Positions 27,401 to 39,400 of a DNA stretch of 64,000 bases are shown here, piece after piece. Source of the DNA: Phoronis australis (Eukaryota > Animalia > Phoronida); NCBI GenBank assembly GCA_002633005.1, contig NMRA01000170.1:436318-500317 (forward strand). Reading direction: 5' to 3'. A model generated the notes under the pieces. It did no database searches. It saw nothing but the letters and a program-made list of their open reading frames with translations, and was not told the DNA's origin. How positions within the stretch are numbered: position 1 is the first letter of the stretch; each line of letters begins with the position of its first letter. The translations under genes were made by a program, and so were the position numbers.

Positions 27401-30400
27401 TAATAACCTGTATGTTGTCTAATTGCACACGCTAATTAATAAATGTATTATGTTCTCACTCAATGTAAGGCACTTTTATCTTGGATTTGATTATCAGTGA
27501 CAGTTTTGTGTTTGTATTATTTATTATATTGCAATGATGGTGACTATGAATGTTCGTGTTGTAATAATTAATGCTAAGAAAGCATCTTTTGCTTGGGCCC
27601 CATAATGCAATATTGACTGTGAATTGTATATAAGGCTTCAGGGAGTATACACTAGACACTTACACACAAGCTGTTGTCACTGATCTGAATGGACTCTTCC
27701 AAGTGTGGGTCATAAAACAAGGCAATTAGGTCTGATCAGTTTGTGGAACTGCCGACAGACAATCAAATCAGCTGTTATGAATTACTGCTATCTCCCACAA
27801 AACTTGGCCAATTTTTGTGGGGAAAAAGCTCTTTTCCCAAACTTTTTGAGGAATTCAAATGGGGGCTTTGTTTCCATCCACAAATAAGGCGAAAAAAAGA
27901 ATTCAAACATTTTAATTGTTTGTTCTACTCATATCTTAATGTTTTCGTATGAAAATACAATATAGTGTAACCTAAGGGAAGGATTTGTGGTTTTCTGACC
28001 ATCCAGAGTTGCTTGCCTGCCAACTCCAGACCGACCTTCAGTGTAATGTAACGCTATGCAATTTCTAAATTTGGGTGTGGATGATAGGTAGAGTTGTAAT
28101 CTTTCTGTCATTCGTGGACAGCTAGCGACGTTGGAATTCTTGTGTGAATCACTTGGATTTTCCACTGCACAACAGTGGCAATTTAACGACCGGACATGGC
28201 AGTTGAAAAAAATCATAAAAATGGTGGGAATTTTACAGAGTTAGGAGCGCAGAATGCTGTCTACCGACTATTCTGCCACCATCGAGTGACAAGACATTTA
28301 TCATAACATTGCTGCTGTATCATGAAGTGTCTATTGAGGACAGTTTGGCTGTGGATTTTGTTTGCTTTGTACCCAGTTTTGACGCAACTGACTTTGCCTT
28401 GTATATGCACTTCTTAATTTTTAGTATTTTCTGTGTGACTTTTAATTACTAAAAGTTATTGTCTCCGTCTCCATGAAAATTGAATGTGGAGAAGGAATAC
28501 ACCACGGAACCTTGTTGATCTCGAATTGTGATATTACATGAAATATTTACCGGGACATCATTGCGTATAATTTATTTATTTTGAGCTTGGTAAATTCTCA
28601 CCAAATTAGGACACAAGATGGCAGTTAAGTGGAGCATTTCTTTATTTTATTCATTACAAGATGTGCCAAATAAATGCTTCTAGTGCTAAGAGTTCATTGC
28701 CATATCTACATTAAAATGACGATGTCTTGAAAAATATTGTAGACGTTCACATCTGTTACAATGTTAGAAACCTTTGAAAAGTGAATGACTGTATGCTTCT
28801 AGTTCTTGAATATCGAGGTCATATTTATTATTTTTTCTACGATAGTATAAAATACTCTTGGTGTGGTGAATGCATTTACTACATAAGTGACTGGAAGAAA
28901 AACTGAGTGTGCAATGATCGTTATAATCTGCTATGACTGATGTCACAATTTCGGTACGAAAGCCATAATTCTTTCAGTTCCCGACCATGAAAGGGCATTG
29001 GGAAACAAACGTTACTACGAAACAGTCATTGCACAGCAGGAGGCACAAGCGGAAAAGAAAGGAGATGACCTTCCAGTGGAGACAAACCAAAACAAACGGC
29101 AACTGGACGAGTACAGGAACTCGCAGGAGTTTTTCAACTATGAATCGTTGTGCCGAGGGGAAGATGTTATTGTGAGTCTTTGAAACTGCTGAGTGTTTTT
29201 TATATGTTTTTTGGTCTTCATCTGCCATAATTTTCATGTTTAGACTCCTGAGTACTGTAGTCCTCAATTTTACACAAAATAATGCTGAAATCGCTACCAT
29301 TTTGCTAAGACCAAAGTTTTACCAATTGAAAGCGAATGCTTCTCTTTATAACAGTGTGCAGTACAACTGATGCTCATAATCATGTAAAAAATCAGTGTTT
29401 CTTTTTGAATTTGTCAAATTAAAATTACAGTTCTTTGCCTAATTGTCTGCTAAGTTGTAGAGCATTTCCATTGGAAAGGAGTTAAACACTTTTGATATCT
29501 GTACTGAATTGTATCACTGTGACTGTCTCCATCAGCCCAACCCAGACGTTCACAAGCTGAAGTGTTTCTACACACACAAGAACAATCCCCGACGCTACCT
29601 GAAGCCGTTCAAGGAGGAGGAAGCTTACCTCAACCCACGAATTGTTGTTTTCCATGATGTCATCACTGATGCTGAGATAGACCTGGTGAAGAAAATGGCG
29701 GGACCCCGGGTAAGCAGACGTCACGTGACATAGCTGTTGTAGACGTGCTGTCAGTTGTTAGCAGTTGATAGACGTAAACGTTGTTTTCATATTCCTGGTT
29801 TTAAGGCTTCTGCAGAATTCATCTGTTGCTGACTCTATAAACTGTATATTAACTGTCTGTATTTTGTATCCTAAAAGCTCAGACTTGCTGTATTTTATCC
29901 ATTGCTAAAGAGTAACTATTAGACCTCACAAAAGCAATTCTAACTAGACAGCACTGAGTCATAACTTGTAATGTTAGACTGTTTACACATACACGCATGT
30001 CAGGCTTATGATCGAAAATAAAACAAGACTTGTTTGCCTTTGAAGCTTCACTTTAAACCAATGACGTGTTGACCTGTAGTTGGGTGTGCAGTCTAACTTT
30101 TGACAGTTGTGGTTTTCACAACTATTAGTTTGACAATGTTTCATTTTCCTAAATATAAGTTCAATTATTTACATCCCTTATGACGTATTTGCAAAAACAA
30201 ATGTTTTATCTTCAGGACATCCATTGTTTGATAAAAGTAGTGTAATCTCATTGATTAACATTGACGGACTTGTTTTTTCTTTGTTTTGAAGGTCATAATC
30301 TATAAAAAATTGTCATTTCCTGGCTTTTAAAGTTCACCAACAATCATATACGTATAACATGTAATATGACATTTGAAACAAAAAGTTGTAGATTGTAATA

Positions 30401-33400
30401 GTTTGATATTTCCCTCTGGATACAGTGATGTAGTAATGTTTAGTGGTTATTATTCTCAAAGATAAGTTGTAACCTACTTTGTCTTGACACTTCTTGCACC
30501 AAGCTTTAAAACATTTTTTCAGCTTAAACTATGCACAGACGATGAGTCACTAGTCTAGGTATCTGCGTCAAGTGAAAGGTGGTTACCTGCAAACAGCCAG
30601 AAAAAATACTCAGTGAAACACGCCAATTTGGCTAGTTCTTTCAGTTGTTTTCTAATTTTCGCTCCTTGGATACATTTTGCCATGTGCCTCCTGTTTACTA
30701 CATAACCTCCTCTGAATGGTGTCGTGATAATTTCGCATGAGTGAATGGTCATATTTCATCGGTCAGTGAAGCTTATCAACCAAGCTCTGTGCAGCTCATC
30801 TCACCCGCCCACTGTGAGGATTTGGACGCACTTGTTAAGAAATCAAGCACATAGTCTACTTTCCTCACCGCCTTGTGAGGAAAGATGCTCCCAGTTCACT
30901 TAGGGGCAGGCATGAGTTATTACCTGGTACACACATTTGAGGTGGATGACTCTCTGTCTGAGCCTAGCTTTACAGACTCTCTGTCATTTTTCATCTATTA
31001 TTCATTATAAGTATTCTTCCAGCTGAACCGTGCCACGATTCAAAATCCAACTACAGGAAAACTGGAGTTTGCGCCGTATCGAATCAGTAAGAGGTAAGAA
31101 CAAAGTATGAGTTAAGGAACCCTTGCGTGTAGACTTATAGGTGCTTGAGGTCCCTAAGTGAAATATTGGAAGTATGTATACTCATTTGATTTCATAACTT
31201 GGACGGTTTTTCTTACCTCAACCTCTTACCTCAACATAAAATTTTTGACACACTGTGTGATGCTGCCTGACTAAAAATAGATAGCAGGCAGTCATTAGAC
31301 ATACACAGGCCTCATAGGTCGGGCCTATTGTACAAAACACCTGATTTGGATCTCACGAGAACCCTCATGTGTATATTGTGACAAGGTTGTTCTTCCTGAG
31401 AGCAGTTGCAAAATCTGTAGACGGGTAGGTCACATTCATCTGCTATTGGTGGTTGGAATTTGAACCGAGTTACTGTTTACAGATAGAATCCACAACCAAT
31501 ATCGTTTCTGCTTGTCTGGTCATCTGACTTGACTACCTGAATGTTTCCATGTATGCAGTTGTTACATTATTTCTCAGGCACCACAGTGAGAAACTTGCTG
31601 TAAATAATCCCATTGTGGATTCAAACAGATTTTTACTATGAACAATTTTGCACTGGGATACAAATTGTGGTGGGATTGTCAGTCCCAGCATCTATACCAG
31701 GATTATTCTGGAAACATTTATTCATTAGTTTGCTGGGTTTGATTGTTTAATCCACTGTCGGAGCATGCGTGATATTACTCTGCCTTTTGTGTTTATTGTC
31801 TTTCTGATATTATCATGTCTTGGCCACTTAATTATCTGTTCTGACACTGGGTACATTTGTTCTGATAACAGGGTGCAACATAACTTGCTGGGATTTTTTA
31901 ATAGCACGGGACACAACCGATTAAGGAAAATAGTTCCGGTAAGAGATTCATGCAAAATGACTAGGATTTTGAAATATTGGGAACACAGCTTTTGTGAATT
32001 TTGAACTAGCCTTTGTCTTTGGTTCTCCAGTTTATGTAAGAGTGGGTTATTTTTCCCTGACTTGGGTTCTTGCATTTTGTGTTGTCAGTGCCTGGTTGAA
32101 GACTTATGAGGCACCGTTCCTTGAAACTCTAGAACAGCGTGTTGCCGACTTCACACAACTCAACATGGAGGTGGCTGAAGAACTCCAGGTATGGCGATGA
32201 CTGGTTTCAACTTAATTTGCCCCCGTATTTTCATCAATAAATAAGGTGGACAATTATAGATATTAAGCAAATTTTAAACACTTTTTCATAATCATCATAT
32301 AAAACATGGTTCATTACATTAAAATCTCAATTATTTGGCAAAAAAGCCAAAATAGCTTTGTCATTTTTCAAAATTTTTAACCTTGTTATGAATGCCTGCA
32401 ATTTTTCAAAATATTGTCTTATGATAGTTTAATGGAAACAGAAAAGTAAAGCAATTTAGTTTTTTGCTAACTTATCAATTAATGAAAAAATGAGACCATT
32501 AAGCTCATATATCTTTCCATGTTGCATCCAAAATTGGGGAGATTTTACCCCATTCCCAAAATATGAAATTAATGTATTTTCTTTAATTGTATTGCAATTG
32601 AGTGAAAAATTCATTCAATACATTTTCTTCCCTGATACAGACAAAAATTCTTAATTGTGTACAGTGTGTCTTTAAAAGCCATGTTATTGATACCTTTAAC
32701 TTTGTGATTCAAGCTGCTTGTACCATGTACACTTTTAGGTTGTCAATTATGGGATTGGTGGCCATTATGAACCGCACTATGACTTTGCAAGGGTAAGTGA
32801 CTTGTGTGTTTAGTTTTGGGGGGCATGTCCGTGCTCCATATGTTAACCATTGCGTGAATATGAACCTGGGGTAGACTCGCTCCAGTTTGTGTCACAGAAA
32901 CTTGAAAATGTCATCCTTTTTACTTCTAAAATGTCATGGCGTCATTGTATTTGTTTGAAAAATTCATGGTTCACCTGAATCAAATTTTTGAAACGTAGTC
33001 AAAGTGAACTATATATGAGCTGGAATACCCCTTGTAAATGATTCATGTTTTGGTTGACATGAGCCAGGCCACTGCCCTTTAAGTGCATAGAACCTCTATA
33101 AACATGTCTCAGTGTTTTGTAGGTAGCCAATTATGGAATTGGCGGCCATTATGAGCCTCATTTTGATCACGCACGGGTAAGTCGGAGAATGCTTGATGAT
33201 TTTGGTGGTCATGAAGTGTCCATGTGCTGCCTGCAACTTTTCGGTTCCATTCTGGTTTCAAAGCTCACATAATCCTTGAGGCCTTGTCTGTGACCACACA
33301 CAGTGGAAGTTACGGGGTAATGGTTCGCACAGAACTTGAAAGTTTGGGTATTTATAAGGCTTGAAAAGTTGTGTATTTTTTACACAAAACGTTGTCTAGT

Positions 33401-36400
33401 TTTCAAAAATCTGAAATATAACGATATTAATTTTGGGAATGATTTTTGTTTCTTTCCTATCGGTCTCATGATTGTCACAAAAATCACGTGGGAAATTAAA
33501 CTCTTCTCAGTCATTATGATTCCACCTAGTTATCACGGTCAAACAGGCCTACTCATACCAGCCCTACCAGTCACTGCCCTCAGGGTTGACATACTTGTCT
33601 TGTAGGGTGTTGAAAAATCCTTGAATTATGTCCAAGAAGTTCCGAAAAAGATCGTGCATTTCGTCACCAGAATACTGTGTGAACCACGAGTATTGCTAAG
33701 CTGCTTTCGCACTGACCTCATTTCTCTTTGCATGATGAAGTCATGTAAACCTGTTGCGTCAATTTCTGCTTCTGATCACCTGGCTGAGCATTTTTAAATT
33801 AGCTTGCAGCTACAATGAAGTCAAGTTTCAAGTTGCTAACTTGAAAACTTAATTTAAAGAAGCATGTGAGCCACTTGGTCAGAATGTTGACCTAAAGACC
33901 TTTTTAACAACTTTACTGTTATCTGCTGTGAATCTTAAAATGTTGGTTTGTCAATCTTAAAATGTCTATATTTTACTATATTATACTTTGCAAGATAATT
34001 GGAGATTTGAAATTTAATGTGCTCGGTTTTTATGTGCCCACATATTTATATGTGGATAAATATTGTTGTCATCTCCGTTCTGGCGTCCGCGGCTATATCT
34101 CCTAAGCCCCATGCAGGACCTTGTTGAAATTTGACTGCTGTGTTCTTATGTGGCTGATAACAGATTACGACAAGTTTCACCCACTAGTGGCAATTTTATC
34201 TTTTTGCGATTGCCGTGACGGTTTTTCATAAAATTCGGCTAATAGGTTTTCAATACAGAGGCGATGATATCATTCCATTTTTGGACTCGTTCAACGAATT
34301 TTACGCCACCTTGTGGACATTTTTGTTATTTTTGCATCCATTTTCTGGCGTCCGCCTCTGTATCTGCCGTACTGCTCAAAGGATCATTATAAAAATTTAC
34401 AGATGTGTTGCTGATAAGAAGGCTACGACTGACATTGTCTTTCAGATGGGTCCATCTACTGTGTTGCCTCCTGGTGGCGATTTTGTTTTTTTTTTGCATC
34501 TACGGCCGAATCTCCTTAACCCTTTGAAGTAGCTTAATGAAATTTGAAAGGCATATTCCTATGAACCCTTCGACAAATGGTAATGTGTGTCGAACTGATC
34601 CAGATACCACTGTGCCCCCTAGTGGCAAAATTTTACATTATCTGTGCCACCTAGTGGCCATTTTTGCATCCATTTTCTGACATCTGCCTCTCTGTCTGCA
34701 ATACCACTTAAAGGACCATTATGAAAAAGTACAGAGATGTGTTCCTGATGAGAAGGCCACAACTGATATTGACTTTCAGATGGGTTCTACTACAGTGTGT
34801 CTGTCACCCCCTAGTGAGTGACATTTTGTTTTGCGTCTGCAGTGGAGTCTCCTTTAGTCTTTGAAGGAACTTTGTGTAATTTGAAAGATGTGTTCCTGTG
34901 GAGCCATCGACAAATGGCTTCCCATTTTCAGACAGACTTGGTGTTTTCTGTGCCAACTTGTGGCCATTTAAAAATGTTTGCCTAGATGTTTTTGACGTCT
35001 GCCACTCAATCTGCCAAACCACTCAAAGGATCATTTCGAAACTTTATGGTTTTGTTCCTGATGCGAAGACTCGGACTGACGTTGATTTTTGGATGTATTC
35101 GATTATGCTCGCTCCCCCTAGGGGCAATATTGCTTTTTTGCATTACGCGGTTGTATCTCCTTAACCCTTTGAAGGATCTTTGCTGCGAAATTTGGCAGAT
35201 AGGTCCTGTAGAGATGACAACAGATGACAATGAGCTTCAGACCAATCTGACTATAGTTGTGCCCCGTAGTGTCAATTGTTTTTTCTATGTCTTAAGAGTT
35301 CTTTCGATTATTTTCATGAAATTTGGCAAAGTTGTACATTACAAAGACAGTGCCACTTTCTCACTTCAGATGGCTTTGACATATTCTGTGCCATCTAAGG
35401 ACTAGTGTTATGATACTAAAAGCACCCGTAGAAGCACATCGTTAGCGGAGCTGTCGTGGGTACATGTCAAGGCTCTGCGTTGCTCTTGTAAGGTTGTCAG
35501 TGAGCCTGACCTCCTTCGCTCCTTCCGTAAAGTGTGCATTTTGTACACTTGTCATGTGAAAATGGTGATAATTGTCCTTACGTAGTCTAAAGATGTTACA
35601 GGAAAGAAATATTAATTCCTCCGGTAGCTCTGCAGTTGCGTTGCAGCAGTGCAAGATCGTGTCAACACCATGCGCTGCTCTTGTTTATTAAACTCAATTC
35701 ACGTCCAGTTCCTGTACATTCACCATTACCCATCTTCAAAGTTCTCGGCCACTAAATAGTTTCCACAGTTTCCTGACACATCCTGCCAGTAAGTGTCTTT
35801 GCTGAATTTTGTTGCAGAGAACGTATGAAAACATGACACCCATTGAACGTAGAGATGGTAATCGCATAGCCACAGTGTTGTTCTACGTAAGTGTGTCTGC
35901 TGTGATCAGACTAAGGATGCTACTGCAGCAGTAAATGCAAGAATTATCACTTGGTGGGTCAGCTGACTCTGGCTCGAATGTGACGTTCAAGTTGGATGGG
36001 GGGCTCCAGTAATGGGGATGGGGAGGGATGTGCCGCCAACTTGGGAAGGTAGTTTGCCCATTCAGATATTGCCTTTGGCTGGTAATTTGAGTCTCATTGA
36101 GGGTGGGCTATTTGGCTTTGGTATTGTTTTGTGTGGGTTATCTGGATAATATGGATTTGTGGTAAGGTATGAATGGGATAATTATTTACTTGATAATATC
36201 TGAGGTCACCGTTGTCTTTATTATTCAGATATTATGTCGAGTTGGATTTTTTAAAAATTAAAATGTGTGGCTGCACCTCCTTTCCATATACCCATTATTT
36301 GGACGAGAGCGCTTTAGTGAATTCTTTGCATTTACGATCGCACAGCATGGATGTGATGGAATTAGCCATTGGCCAGATTCTGAATGATTTTTGACTCTAT

Positions 36401-39400
36401 ATATCTGAAATTCCTTCAGAATCTGGTGTGCTACATGCAATGTCTAATTCTCGACTATTTGTTTCTTATGGCCTCATCAGAAAGAAGAAGTAAACGCATT
36501 CAAAAGTCTTGGTACAGGCAATAGGATTGCAACCGTCCTATTCTATGTAAGTTTATAAGTCTTGGTACATGCAATCAGATAGCAGCAGTCCAGTGGTAAA
36601 ATGTCACCAATTTTGTACACAATATGATGGACATGTGGAATTTTATTTTCTCATTTTTGTATAATTAACCTACAAGCAGTGCTTAAACAATGCTTTGCCA
36701 TTTTAATCTTCTGCATCGTGACTACTACGAGACAGTATTTTGAAAATTGTGGACATACACAATATTGCTCAAAGCTTTCGAACAATTAAGTGGGTCAATT
36801 CTGGCATTTTTTGTCCAAAATTGGTGAAGTTTACCTCTGTTCTCTGCATATTTAGAAATATTGGTTCAAGCGATTGGGTTGCAGAGCAGATGCGTAGTCA
36901 TCCACAAAGGACACTCAAATGCATGCTTTTAACCTTAATCTATGAATATAAATATTGATTGAGGAAGTTACTGTTTATTTTAAAATTTGACAAAGCTTAG
37001 TTAACGTCTTGTATTTGTTTAATGACATATGAGCTTATTCATCAACTGTGAACTACATGCCTGAATAAACTATAAATACAACTCCAAACATGTTGAAAAT
37101 GAAATACAAGAGCCTGGGAGTACTTTCATATTGAACTTGTGTTCGTATTGGATCTTAAATTTTATCTCACGAGCATATTTCGCTTCGTGCTTTGAAATTT
37201 GAAGCAAAGTCTAGAAACCATGGACATTTTGCCCAGACTTTAGCTTGTGCTAAATTCGAACCCTGTGTGTTTAGGAAGTTTCAGTGAATCGATAAACTTC
37301 AAAGAAAAAGACTCCACTTTGGTTTGTTTGTGTTCAAAGAAAGCTATTGTATGTTCAGATTCATCCAGTCTCTACCGATGGTAGAGACTGTGTAACTCCA
37401 GTTTGCTTGCCATTTCCCTCAAATCTTTCAACACTTTTGACCCATAACAGTGCCTTCCCATTGCCTGTAATGTAAGCTTGGACTTTTTACCTAGCGGTCT
37501 CACGCGTAGACGTAGTGGTCTCACTTAGTGAGATTTAAGATTGCGTATCACTAAGCCACACCCTGTAACAAAGATTTTAGAACTGAGTGGAATTTACCCG
37601 AGATGTCCTGACATCTGGTGTTTAGGCAGGGAACCAGCCAAGTTGTCTTGTGCCCAGAAATAGTGGTGTCGCGCATTCATGTGTTACTAACCCTCGCCCC
37701 TGCAATAAAAATGTTACAAAATCCAGGTCACGTGTATTAAGCATGTAGATGTCAGGACATCTAGTGCTGGAGCTGGGAGCTTGCTAGACAGTTCATGTCC
37801 TGGAAAAATCTGTGAGATAGAGCACTCCCGTAGGATGACATATTGCTGACCAGGACCAGGATGATGAAAGTCGTTGACAGGAAAGTACATGTCGGAAAGT
37901 ATTCAAAGAAAATTACCCAGAATTCCCTGGCATCACAGCTTGAAGCAGAATTCATCATCACCGTAGTTTTTCCTCATGACCAAGAATGATGAAATAAACG
38001 GGAACGTTGTCACGGTGGCTAAGCCATTCTGTATTAGAATTTTGCCACTACAGCAATAATTACCTATTTTTTTGCTGTTCACATAATTAACCCACATTAC
38101 GGATAAATAGTATTTTGTCTGATTTCTTTGTGCTGTTAGTGAATATATTTTAAAGTTTCTGCTCACTCATAGATATTAGATTCAACAATGAGTACCTGGC
38201 AAAAGAAGGCATTGATGTCTGTTTAGCACAGTTTTAAGATTTAAAATTTGTATAGAATCATGTGACCAACAAACCTCCACTTGGTTTGCCTATTTGGGTT
38301 TTTACGTGTAGGACTGGTGTAATTCAAGTGCCTGTTTCCACATTTTGTTGTGTTCATTTGAATGCCTCTTGGTTTAAAGGTTTCACGACACGTATCACAT
38401 GCATTTTGTTGCGTTACAGATGAGCGACGTGGAAGCTGGAGGGGCCACCGTATTCACTAATATTGGCGTGAAGGTTTTCCCCAAGAAGGTAAGAATAACA
38501 ATTAGACGATAAGCAACGATGTACTGTAGCTGCCAGTTGAATAAAGAATGCACAGTCATGTCCTGCAGTACATTGATGAGATTTATTTTTGGCTTCTGTT
38601 CGATACTCTTCTTTTTTCCATGGTGCAAAATTCTGCGTAGTATGGTCCATTCAGTTCAGAAAAATGATGGAAGTTTTGGCCACGTGACTTTTTCAAATGA
38701 AAGCATTGATCCCTTCAGTTAGCTGATAACAATCTTGCTATGTTTCAAGGGCATCATAGACATGACTCCAAACATGTAGGAAAATAATTATTTTTTTCAG
38801 TCTGTATTGTTTTTATACAAAAATGAGTATTTCCAAACTTCTCTGTGATGTTCTTACTTGGTATTAGTCTCTGATCTTACCAAGGCCTCCATGAGAAGTT
38901 GATGAAAACTATGATGGGTTTAAATCGGCTTGACATGTTTCGGAGTTGAGGCTCTACAATATCAACTGGCGTAATCCTAGTCTCAATAGACAACTGGCAC
39001 ACCATAGGTTGTTATTGTTAGTCTAGTCTGTTGTTACTCCCCTGTAACTGACTGTCTATGTATCATTGCTGTTTGTTGGGCCTAGCAAGGTGGCCACTGT
39101 TTTTCCTTCTGAGGATGGTGTTTTAATAAATGCCGAAATATGTCCAGCGGGCTTAAATCTATCGTTTTTATCAACGCATGCTGCTACTTGGTGTGATGGA
39201 GATCTCCACCAGAAGTGGTGCACAATGTTCAGAAGGAGATTAAACTCCGGTCAGACGTTGTTGTGTAGGTTGAGTGTCGTGGCAATACAGCAATACCTTG
39301 GTGCACTCTAGGTTAAGTTTATGTAAGACCCTAGAAGAATATCCAGAACATCATATCTCAGAAATGGTTCATCAGATTTATACGAAACTTGCCAATATTA

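Larger units (their letters stand above)
21842..28455. repeat. Apparent duplication 21842-24849 / 25527-28455 with n at 25526 (probable haplotype artefact); includes exon 5 twice
   Basis: Copies align throughout; the second begins immediately after the n. Confidence 0.85.

Noticed and set aside
30523-30578. Possible alternative to the 71-nt exon 8 (TTTTTTCAG acceptor, 56 nt, phase-compatible), at the position where vertebrate P4HA1 has a mutually exclusive pair
   Set aside because: In-frame TAG, weak GTGGTT donor and no convincing RAT...YRxSK similarity
39066-39150. ORF fragment KVATVFPSEDGV resembling GGATVFP of exon 12
   Set aside because: No MSDV upstream, no matching splice sites; likely chance
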